Part shown: piece by piece, positions 1 through 9,339 of the stretch | Position numbering within the stretch: the stretch's first letter is position 1 | Layout of the letters: each line of letters starts with the position of its first letter | Source: Pirellulales bacterium | Lineage (GTDB): Bacteria > Planctomycetota > Planctomycetia > Pirellulales > PALSA-1355 | Length of the DNA stretch: 64,000 bases | Reading direction: 5' to 3' | Assembly: GCA_963733035.1 (NCBI GenBank) | Contig: CAVTBU010000006.1 | Span: 64,001-128,000 of the forward strand | Made by a program: the position numbers and the translations under genes | Notes under the pieces: model-generated | What the model was told of the DNA's origin: nothing | What the model saw: only the letters and a program-made list of their open reading frames with translations | The model's database searches: none

Positions 1-448
1 GCGTGAGCTGTTCCGGTGCGGCATCGACCGCCGGACTGGCTTGGGCTTGCGTCTGCACATCGCTAGCGTCGGTGACGCTGCGATTGTCGGATTCGGTCAA
101 GTTTGACGCAGCTGGTCCTTTGGGATCTTTCGGCTGATCGCGCATGTGCGCCGGCTGGCCGGGCACTTCGCGACCGCCTGGATCGATGGGTTGTTGCTGC
201 GCAGCATCGGTTCCCAATGGAGTCGCCGGATCGGGACTCTTGGTCGTCCCTTCGACCTGCTCCATGCCGCTGGCAGCTAGTGCTTGCGCGAGTGCCAGCG
301 CGGCACCGGCGGATAACACGCGACGCTCTTCCAGAGGGCGCAACTCAAGCTGCGCGGCCAAGTCTTCTCGCGTAAGCAATGCGGGCCTGACGCACCAGTG
401 GCGGCTCAGGGCGGCGCGGAGTTCGGCCAGCTGCCTTCGCGTTCGCAT
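1..448 (-). CDS. 5' part of a putative secreted protein with a Planctomycete extracellular / LEPR-XLL-type N-terminal motif (runs off the window)
   Basis: Hand translation from ATG at 448: MRTRRQLAELRAALSRHWCVRPALLTREDLAAQLELRPLEERRVLSAGAALALAQ..., open to position 1. GGAAGAGGA RBS-like sequence upstream. LEERRVLS matches the LExRxLL motif. Not in the supplied ORF track. Confidence 0.75.
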   Translation of the reverse strand, partial: MRTRRQLAELRAALSRHWCVRPALLTREDLAAQLELRPLEERRVLSAGAALALAQALAASGMEQVEGTTKSPDPATPLGTDAAQQQPIDPGGREVPGQPAHMRDQPKDPKGPAASNLTESDNRSVTDASDVQTQAQASPAVDAAPEQLT

Positions 449-718
449 GTAACCGAATCCTCTTCCTTCCGCCAAGCGTGGTCGGAAATTGGCGTGGTTT
501 GCCCAAAGAACTCCATTATTTCTAGCCGCCCAAGCGGGCGTCAAACTTTCCGGGCCCACGTGGGGGTGGCGAGTTTGGGCAAAAGCCGTCGGCCTGAATG
601 TTTTCGCGTTTTGGCCTGAGTTTATTGCGTCGGGAGGCTGTGCCGGTTGCTCGGAGATTACTGTAGATGCCGGTTAGCGGGCGTCGAATGGGAATGTAGT
701 CGAGGGGGGATTCATCCG

Positions 719-1588
719 ATGCGATTTCGTTGCTCGTACCTGATCCTGGCCGTGGCCTTGACCGCGACGGGCTGCGCGGGCCAGTTAGCTGGGCCGATGG
801 CGGCCGGCAACAGCCTGCGCATGCTGACAGCACATGTCCCGGCCGCGCCGCCTTTGCCGCCGGCGGGCGACATCCCACGTCCACCCGAGGAGCCAGAGGG
901 GGCCCTTGTAACGGTCGGCGATACCGGTACGAACAGGTCAATCCGTGACGTAGCCACGACGGTCTCTCCAGCCGGTTTCCAGCGTCAGCCATTGTCGGCA
1001 AAGGAGCGAGCGTCGACTGTGGAGGTCGTTGCCCAGTCGGGCATTGTTCCGCCCGAGTTGGAACCCGTCGAAGAGATCGTCACTCCGATTCCAGGGCCGG
1101 AGTCTCGATTCAAATCGCAGCCGGCCGAGGACGACTTTGATCGATTTAGTCGTCAAATCGTCGATGTGCCGGTTGACATTCGTCCCAGCGAGGGCGCTAT
1201 GCCCGAAGACCGGGGTGCGGACAAGTTTGCCGCGGAGCCGATCGTGGATGAGACGCTGCCTAGCGACCGGCCGGCTGACATCTTCTGTTCGTACACGCCC
1301 TGGACGATTTGTTATCGACCGTTGTACTTCGAAGACATTGCTTTGGAGCGCTACGGCAAGAATGTCGGCTACCTGCAGACGGGGCTCTCGGGCGTCCGCT
1401 TCTTTGGCTCCGTCGCCGCTCTTCCGTATAAGATGACCCGTCGGCCGCCGCGGTCGTGTCAGTGCTCGAATGGCTTCAGCCGCCCCGGGGACTGTCCGCT
1501 ACCGGGCTATGGCAATCGTCGCTTCCAATGGGACGCGGCACTGGTCGAGGCGGCGGTCGTCACTGCGTTCGTATACATCATCCCCTAG
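719..1588 (+). CDS. Conserved planctomycete hypothetical lipoprotein
   Basis: ATG 719 after a GAGGGGG RBS. Signal peptide ends in a lipobox-like ATGC. Pro-rich linker, then the C-terminal block YRPLYFEDIALERYG...ALPYKM...RPGDC and a hydrophobic tail. Confidence 0.75.
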   Translation: MRFRCSYLILAVALTATGCAGQLAGPMAAGNSLRMLTAHVPAAPPLPPAGDIPRPPEEPEGALVTVGDTGTNRSIRDVATTVSPAGFQRQPLSAKERASTVEVVAQSGIVPPELEPVEEIVTPIPGPESRFKSQPAEDDFDRFSRQIVDVPVDIRPSEGAMPEDRGADKFAAEPIVDETLPSDRPADIFCSYTPWTICYRPLYFEDIALERYGKNVGYLQTGLSGVRFFGSVAALPYKMTRRPPRSCQCSNGFSRPGDCPLPGYGNRRFQWDAALVEAAVVTAFVYIIP

Positions 1589-1624
1589 GGGAAGGTAGAT
1601 GTTTCCGGCGACGCGGACGTCCGC

Positions 1625-3839
1625 TTAGTGCGAGAACGTCTGCTTGAGAAAGCGCACCAGTCGATCACCAAGTGTGCGCGAGGCGACTTCAATACGCGCG
1701 CGACCATGCATGCGGCCGATAAGATTCGGCGGGGCATCATCAATTTGCACGCGGGCCTGATACCAGGTGTCGAGCGGCCGTGCCGCTCCGCGGCCATCCG
1801 CTTCGGCCGGCATGTCACCGGCCGTGGCAAGTTCGCGAGGCATCACGTCCAAATCGAGTTTGGAGATCTCAATGACCTTGCCGCTGAACGATTCGCCCGG
1901 CAAGTGATCGAGCCTCAGCTGCACGCGCTGGCCGCTCTGCACGAGTTCGATGTCATTCTCGTCGACGTGCAAGATCGCTTCGAATTGATCGGGGTCGCCA
2001 ATCAGACAAAACAGCGTGCCGGTTTCCAGCGTGGTGCCGAGGTTCCGTTCGTCCAACGGTGTACCAGACCAGCTCGGCAGCGCATGTTCTTCCGGTGGTT
2101 CACGGGGCACATTCGGCGGCGGCAGAACCGTGCCGTCGATCGGGGCTTTTAGCGCGAGTCTTTTCGCGTCGTGCGCCGACTTGTTCGAGTCGTCGCTGGA
2201 GATCGACGAGGGTAGCTTTGGCCGCCGGTAATTCCGCGCCGATGGTTCCACCATGTAATCGCCGCGCTTCGAGACTCTCCACCAACAGCTTTTGTCGATC
2301 GCGGTCGGAAGTTAACTGTGCGACTTCTCGTTGGACGTCTCCGTTTTTGAGGTGCGCAATTGTGTCACCAGCTCGGACCCGCTTGCCCACCTCGGAAGTG
2401 CTAGTGATCATCCCTGTTGCCGTGACATACACATGTTGGGCGTCGCGGTACTCTAGTACGACAGGCGCGGTAACGTGCATTGGCAATGGTACGCAGGCCA
2501 GGGCAACGAGCCCGCCAGATACCAGGAACACGACCAGCGCGAAACGGGCGGGAGCCACGTTTCGGCGCGACGGATTGCGAGTCCAGTGTACGGTGCCGTC
2601 GACGATCGGCCAAAGAAGTCCGCCGATGGCCACCCCGGCTACCAGCACGACCAAAACTTCCAGGTGCAACGGACGCAAAATGCGGTCGAGCATCCACAAC
2701 ACCAGGACTACCACGAAAACGCGATAGGCCGCTGCGGCAATAGCGTAGAAAATGAGCAACGTTTGACGGCCCGCCGGCGCCAGACGCTCGGCAGGCAGGT
2801 CCAACCCCAAGCAGTACCGCGCCAGGAATCGCCGCAGGGCAGCCGACGATTGCGATTTTAGATTGGGCACTTCCACCAGGTCGGCCAGGATGTAGTAGCC
2901 GTCGTAGCGGAGCAGGGGATTTGCATTCAACAGGACCGTGCCCAGCGAACAAATCAGCACCGTGTTCAAGCACAGCGAATGAAACAACCCGGGCTGGCTG
3001 TACCACCACAAGAACGTGCATAGGGATGCGAGAATAAGTTCGACATAGATGCCCGCGGCCGAAATTGCGATGCGCTGCCACTTACTTGGCAGCATCCAGG
3101 AGTCAGATACGTTGCAGTAAAGCGTGGGCGTGAATACCAGGAGCATGATGCCCATCTCGTGACATTCACCGCCAAAATTTCGGCAGGCCAGCGCATGGCC
3201 GAGTTCATGCAGAACTTTCACTACCGCGAGGGTGATGAAGAGCCATGGTAGATTCGATGCACCGACAACGGCATCGAACTGCGGCAAACGCGCTTCCACG
3301 GCATGAAATTCAACTGTCACTAGCACGGTAGCGGCCAAGGCCAGCGCGCACGCCACACTTACGCCGATCGGTGAAAAGATCCAGCGACCAATCGGATCCA
3401 AAAAATTGAGCAGCGACCGCGGACTGATGCCAGGCAAACGAATCGCGAGCACGCTCAACAGGCTTTCGAACCGTTGACGCCGGTGCCGCTCGATTCGTCG
3501 TTCAAGCAACTTCTCGCCTTGACCGCCCGTGTCGGATTGCAGCAACCCAAATCGATGCAGCGTTGCCAAGAATCCTTGGATTTGTTCGAGTGTCAACCGC
3601 CGCGGAGCAAACGCCGTATCGCACCGACGTTTGAGTTCCTCCAGACTTGTACGACCATCGAGCATCCGAAGCAATTCGTACTCCTCGTCGCCCAAGTGAA
3701 AATACTTGAGCGCGACTGGGTCCTTCACGGCCCAATAACGCCGCTTGCCGAACTGCTGCGCGCGGAATTGAAGGTCTCTCCGCATCCGCAGGCTCAGCGG
3801 CCGGGCGGCCGCGGTTTCAGGCAGGGTCGCGGTGCTCAT
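1625..3839 (-). CDS. PqqD-like domain + M50 (site-2) metallopeptidase + HlyD/membrane-fusion domain; frameshift near 2178
   Basis: HELGH zinc motif, NANPLLRYDGYY (NPDG-type) motif, several TM segments. The C-terminal adaptor part (LKAPIDG...) continues in ORF 1625..2254 after an apparent single extra base. Confidence 0.85.
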
Positions 3840-3843
3840 GGGC

Positions 3844-4722
3844 TCACTGCTCGGCAGGTTTGGATGCAGCAATTACCATCGAGCCGTGCAGGCCGGGACG
3901 CAGCGTCAAATTGGTATTGTCGATCTCGGCCCAGATTCGGACCTGGCCATTCACCGGGTCGACTTCGGGACTGACGAACACGACCTTACCCGAATACTCA
4001 TGTGCGGCGTTGCCCTGGCGAACCACGAGCGTAACCGGTTGACCGACCAGATCATCGTTGACGGACTGCGCGTCGACGAGTCCTTCGGCTCGCAAACGGT
4101 CGAGCCGCAACATGCGCAGAACGGTTTGGCCTGGTTCGACCCATTCGCCAGGATGCCGATGGACCTGTGCGACGAATCCGGACAGCGGGGCGGCGATCCG
4201 CCGCCGGGCGACGTCGTGTTCGGCGGTCTGTACATCGTTTTCCTTGAGTTCACGAGCTGTCTTGGCGACTTCCCACTCGAGCTGCGCTTGTTCAATCTCG
4301 AGGACCGCTTTTTCCGCGGCGAGGCGGAGTTGATCGAGTTCCGATGCCGATACGCTCTCGGCCAATCGCTCTTGCGATTCGAGGGCGCGCTGCAATTCCG
4401 CAGCGGCAACTTCCGCGGATTTCCGCGCAAAACGGACTTTCACATCGCTGTCCGCCAACTTTTGAGCTCCGGCAAGTTCGAGTTCCGCCTTGCGCTTGGC
4501 GAATTTCGTGGCCGCGTCGTCGATTTGCGCGAGCATGTCCCCGGCAGCCACCATTTGACCCTCGTGTACCGAGAGTCGTTCCAGCACGCCGGCTTCGCGT
4601 GCGGGCACTTCAACCTGCTCGATCAGCTTGACGAGAACCGAGGGTACTTCGATTTCAGCCGCCCTTGCGGAGGCCCAGACCAGCGTCGAGCTGATCGCGA
4701 TCGTCAACAGTGCGCGCGCCAT
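3844..4722 (-). CDS. HlyD/RND-type periplasmic adaptor (membrane fusion protein)
   Basis: Signal peptide, lipoyl-like half motifs (VPAREAGVL...VHEGQMV; IAAPLSGFV...PGEWV), coiled coil, beta-barrel ending in LRPGLHG. Confidence 0.9.
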   Translation of the reverse strand: MARALLTIAISSTLVWASARAAEIEVPSVLVKLIEQVEVPAREAGVLERLSVHEGQMVAAGDMLAQIDDAATKFAKRKAELELAGAQKLADSDVKVRFARKSAEVAAAELQRALESQERLAESVSASELDQLRLAAEKAVLEIEQAQLEWEVAKTARELKENDVQTAEHDVARRRIAAPLSGFVAQVHRHPGEWVEPGQTVLRMLRLDRLRAEGLVDAQSVNDDLVGQPVTLVVRQGNAAHEYSGKVVFVSPEVDPVNGQVRIWAEIDNTNLTLRPGLHGSMVIAASKPAEQ

Positions 4723-4726
4723 CGTG

Positions 4727-6725
4727 TCACCACCATAAGGACTGGACGTACTCGAACAAGTCATGCAGCCACACATATCCTAGCGAACGCCGTCCACAAT
4801 GAATCTTGGCGATTGCCGTAGTCCCTGGTCGCAACGCCGGTACAGACTTTTTGTCAAAGGAAACCATCACGAGTACCGATGGCTCTTGTTGGGCATTCAT
4901 CTCGGTCGAAGGCGCCACGTCTGTTACGCGCCCGCGGTACTCGTGTCTGGGGTCCGAGGCGAGTTTGAAGACGACGTCCAGGTCGGGCTGCAGCGAATCG
5001 CGCGCGGCGAGCACGTGTCCTGCCCGATCGTCCGCGACGTGAAGTTCCAAAACCCAGGGGCCGTCGAGATCGGCAACCGAGAGCAGTGCCTGTCCACGCT
5101 GCACGGGTCGCGAGGCCAATAGTTGCTCGATGTTCCAAGTTAGCGCCTGTCCGTCGATTGGACTTCGGATGGTCAAGTCGCGTTGCTGTTCTTCGAGGAT
5201 CGCCTGCTGGGCGACAAGCCCGGCAAGGGTGGCTTTAGTTTCTTCTTCCTCGGCTGCCAGCTCGTGGGGATCGCGACGATGTTCGTTTCCGACTGGCCGG
5301 TCTTGCAGTCGTTCGGCACGAATCGAAGCCAGTTTCTTCTCCGCCGTTTGCAGCTCTCCCAGAACGCGGTGAGCTTCGAGATCGAGTTCCGCTTTTCGCA
5401 AGATCACCAGCGGTTGTCCCGCTTGCACGGCGCGATCCGAGTTGACGAACAACTCGCTTACTACGCCGTCATCGCTGGCGAACACGTCACGCCGCAAGAG
5501 CGGTTGCAGTTCGCCTCGGGCCTCAATGTCGAAACTCGCAGGAACCAGAACCAGCGCCAACCCTGCCGCCGACAGTGCGCAAGAATAGTGACCGTCTTCG
5601 GCAGCTGTCGGGCTTCAGCGAACCAGCGGATTCTGGACAGCACCCGCCCGACGCGCGCGAGGGGCAGGCGTGAATGCCTCGTGGCGTTGTCGAGTGCGGT
5701 GGCGGCATGTCCGGTCACGGCTGCCACTTGTTGACGAAGCGCATCTCCCGCAGGGATAGCCTGGAAGCACTCGGCGAGCAAAACACCGATCACGCGCGGC
5801 GATGAGGCGCTTGTTTCGTCGAGGGGCTGGCAAAGCGGCACAATCGCGAGGGCGCGCGAGTGACTTTCTTCGAGGTAGGCATCAAGTGGCTGGGCAATTT
5901 CGTCGGGTAGATCGGCGACGCCGTCATGGTACCAAACCGGCTCTCCGCAGGCGGCAACGCGCGCGGCCAGCTGCTCGAGGGCGCGCACGAGCTTGGATCG
6001 CCGTTCCACGGTATCGACGCCGCTGATCGCCGCCGTCCGTACGCGGCGTCCGCGCGCGACCAACACGCTGACTCGGTCGGCGCCGACGAGTTGCGCGCTT
6101 CGTTCGCGATTGCATAGGCAGTTGCTTCGACGTTGAGACTGCGATGCACTCGCTGTGCGAACTGGTCATACCGCCGCCATTGACCGGCTGCCGCGCGAAG
6201 TTCGCGCAGCTCACGATGGCGATGAAAGTCTTCCGCGAGTTCCGCCATGGCGCCCAAAACGCGAACGTACGACCGCACTCGCTCGGGCGAGAACTCGCGC
6301 CTTAAGACAATTTCGAGAATGCCCGCGGTGTGGTCTCCGATCTGAAAGGGCTGAAGCACAGCGGTGCACTTTGACTCGGCGTCCGAAGGATCGGCGGCCA
6401 GCATTGCGACGCGCGGTTGGCCGCTGTCGAAGACCTGCGTGACCGGCAGCCGATGGGGTGCTAGCTGTTCGGCGTTGGAAGCTCTAGCACCCTGCGCAAG
6501 ATGGAACTGATATTCCAAGCGAATGCGATCGTCCGGGCCGCGCTGCCAGACCGCGCCGCCCAAAGCTCCAAGGGCCTGAACGAGGCGATCTAGCAGCTGG
6601 CGATAGAACTCGCCAGCTAGCAGACCCGAGCGCGATCGCGACCCAATGTCGTCGAGCAGGTCTTCGATCTGCTGCCAGTCGTCGTTGGTCAGGTCGGAGT
6701 CGACCGGGAATGGATGAGAGCTCAT
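4727..6725 (-). CDS. GAF-domain + HlyD adaptor fusion; two frameshifts (~6093, ~5578)
   Basis: ORFs 5790..6725, 5461..6066 and 4727..5560 join into GAF-like regions (IANEARQLVGADRVSVL...AISGVD), a TM helix and an adaptor (IRSPIDG, LRPGTT...IHCGRRSLGYVWLH). Each junction is repaired by adding one base. Confidence 0.8.
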
Positions 6726-6887
6726 TGAGATTCAGTATAGTCGGCAAGTTGCGGAAAATGGTGTGCTTGAGAGGACGTCTTGCCGGGCCGGTTGGCGCGA
6801 AATCTGGATAAAGTTTGCCGGTTATGTCGAGATTTATAGCAGTGCGGGCGGGCGGATGGCCGATTGATGGATTTCGTGTAAGGGGGG

Positions 6888-9335
6888 TTGCGCGGGCAAT
6901 GCGCCTGCGTGGACGTTCGCGAAGGGTTCCCTTGTCTCAGGCCTGAGTTCGTTTCGAGTCAGAACGTGCCTGCTCCCCGAACAAGCTGTTCCGCATTCGT
7001 TGGGCCTGTTATTGCAAGCCGCATCGACCGGTTCGTTTGCGCGCTGCGGGCGACGGCCGCCTTTTTCGTGATGCTATCGGCGTCGGTCCTGCTGTCGGGT
7101 TGTCTGGTACTGCGACCCCCTTGCGAATTGCCGGCGGAGGACGTGTTCTTTCGCACCGTGGCCGAGGCGCCGCTGGAGGTCAAACGGGAGAATCCCGAAG
7201 GCTTCCTGCCGCTGTCGACGGCACCTCCGCTCGTGGTGGACGAGAAAGCACCTCCCCCCGCGTGGGAACTGACTCTGGCTGAGGCGGTCCGGGTGGGGCT
7301 TGAGAATTCCAAGGTGCTGCGCGATTTGGGAGGCAACGTACTGCGCCGGCCGGATTTGGCCCAGACGATTCACGATGCGGCCGTGCAAGCCACGGATCCG
7401 CGATTCGGCATGGAAGGGGCGCTGGCGGCGTTCGATGCCCAGCTTGCCACGCGTCTCTTTGCATACAAAAACGACCGTGCCTTCAACAACCTGTTTGCCG
7501 GCGGCGGTACGTTTTTCTTCAAACAGGACCTAGACAACTTCACGACAGAGCTCAGTAAGACCACCGCCACCGGTGCATCGTTCGCCGTTCGGCACAACAT
7601 CGATTACGATTCGAACAATGCTCCGGCCAACTTATTTCCCAGCTATTTCAACGCCAACTTTGAGGGCGAGTTTCGCCAGCCCCTGTTGCAGGGTGGTGGA
7701 GTCACCTTCAATCGAATTGCCGGGCCAAAGGCGAAACCCGGTCTGGTCAACGGCGTTGTCATCGCGCGCATCAACAATGACGTCAGCACGGCCACGTTTG
7801 AACTTGGCTTGCGGGACTTGATCAGCAACCTCGAAAATGGCTATTGGGATTTGTACTACGCCTATCGAGATTTGGATGCCAAAATCGCTGCTCGCGATGC
7901 CAGCCTGAAAACCTGGCGGATCATTCACGCCAACGTCGAGCAGGGGCGCGGCTACAGCAAGCTTCAGGAGGTCCAGGCGCTCGAACAGTACTACCGCTTC
8001 CAGGAAGAGGTGATCGATGCCCTGGGTGGCCGTGTTGTTGATCGCACGCGCACATTCAACGGCTCCAGCGGTGGCACCTTCCGCGGTGTCGGCGGGGTGC
8101 AAGCCGCCGAACGAAAACTCCGACTGTGGATGGGCGTGCCGATCAACGACGGTCGGCTGATACGTCCGACCGATGCGCCCCCGGAAGCGCACATCGTGTT
8201 CGACTGGAGTGTGATCATGGAAGAATCGCTGGCCACCCGTCCAGACTTGCGACGCCAGCAAGCCAAGGTGCAACGCTATCAGGCCGAATTGATTGCCAAT
8301 CGCAATTTCCTCCTGCCGCAGTTGGACATCATCGGACGGTATCGCTGGCGCGGCTACGGCCACGGTCTCATAGGCCCCCGCGACAGTCTCGATCCGATCA
8401 ATAACGCCTATGCGAACCTGGCGACCGGCATGTTCCAGGAATGGGAGCTTGGCTTCGAATACTCGATGCCGCTCGGCTTTCGACAGGGGTATGCAGCCGT
8501 CCGCAATGCCCAGGTGCAAATTGCCCGCGAGCGAGCCATTCTGGAAGAACAAGAGCGGCAGGCGATACATGATCTCACTTCGGCCTACTCCGACGCCGAG
8601 CGAGCCTACGTCCTCATGCAGGCGGCGTACAACCGACTCGCGGCCGCGGAAGAGCAGTACGAGCGGGCCGACAACGCGTTTTTCAATCTGGGGGGCAAGG
8701 TGTCGTTGGAGCTCGTCCTCGACTCTCGCATTCGTCTGGCCGAGGCAGAAACGAGTTACCACCGCAGTCGGATCGAGTATGCAATCGCCGTGAAGAACGT
8801 GCACTTCGAGAAAGGCTCGCTGCTGGATTACAACGGCGCGGCCCTGACGGATGAGGCCTTCTGCAAGGGAGCGCGCGATACGATCGTGCACCGCATTGCG
8901 TCCGCGCCAAACGAGGCACAGATCAACTACGTCATCGAAAGCCCGCTTCCCGGCACAGCGGCGCCAGAAGGTCAAACGTACGAGTCCACCGATCCAACGT
9001 CTCCGTGGCAGTCTCACGAGGCAGCATCGTACGACGAGCCGGTTGGTAGCGAAGAGGTACTAGCGTCTGCGTCGACTGCGAAAGCCGAGAGCGCGCCTGC
9101 GACTGAGTCCTCCGACACGCCGGGCGAAGTTTCGCCTTCTTCGACTTCCAAGACGACCGCGAGTTCCACGTCGCTCGTCCCCGTTGCTGTCCGGCCGGAA
9201 GCCGCGCGGACGGGACCCAAAACCGAGCGATTGCCAATTATTAAAACGCAGAAGTCGCCGGCGTCCTTCCATCAGGAGTCACTCCCACTCGATCCGTCGC
9301 AAGCGGAAGCAATCCTTGCACCGCTCGACGGGTAA
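6888..9335 (+). CDS. TolC-family outer membrane channel (planctomycete type) with a long low-complexity C-terminal tail; start uncertain
   Basis: LTLAEAVRVGLENS, YWDLYYA, RPDLRRQ, NFLLPQLD, and SRIRLAEAE helical repeats. Lipobox-like LLSGC near 7090-7105. Confidence 0.85.
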   Translation: MRGQCACVDVREGFPCLRPEFVSSQNVPAPRTSCSAFVGPVIASRIDRFVCALRATAAFFVMLSASVLLSGCLVLRPPCELPAEDVFFRTVAEAPLEVKRENPEGFLPLSTAPPLVVDEKAPPPAWELTLAEAVRVGLENSKVLRDLGGNVLRRPDLAQTIHDAAVQATDPRFGMEGALAAFDAQLATRLFAYKNDRAFNNLFAGGGTFFFKQDLDNFTTELSKTTATGASFAVRHNIDYDSNNAPANLFPSYFNANFEGEFRQPLLQGGGVTFNRIAGPKAKPGLVNGVVIARINNDVSTATFELGLRDLISNLENGYWDLYYAYRDLDAKIAARDASLKTWRIIHANVEQGRGYSKLQEVQALEQYYRFQEEVIDALGGRVVDRTRTFNGSSGGTFRGVGGVQAAERKLRLWMGVPINDGRLIRPTDAPPEAHIVFDWSVIMEESLATRPDLRRQQAKVQRYQAELIANRNFLLPQLDIIGRYRWRGYGHGLIGPRDSLDPINNAYANLATGMFQEWELGFEYSMPLGFRQGYAAVRNAQVQIARERAILEEQERQAIHDLTSAYSDAERAYVLMQAAYNRLAAAEEQYERADNAFFNLGGKVSLELVLDSRIRLAEAETSYHRSRIEYAIAVKNVHFEKGSLLDYNGAALTDEAFCKGARDTIVHRIASAPNEAQINYVIESPLPGTAAPEGQTYESTDPTSPWQSHEAASYDEPVGSEEVLASASTAKAESAPATESSDTPGEVSPSSTSKTTASSTSLVPVAVRPEAARTGPKTERLPIIKTQKSPASFHQESLPLDPSQAEAILAPLDG

Positions 9336-9339
9336 TCGG

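Noticed and set aside
535..660. Possible c-di-GMP-I riboswitch (GCAAAAGCCGTCGGCCTGAA)
   Set aside because: Only a partial resemblance. I could not find the GNRA-capped P2 stem or a convincing P1. An Infernal search would settle it.
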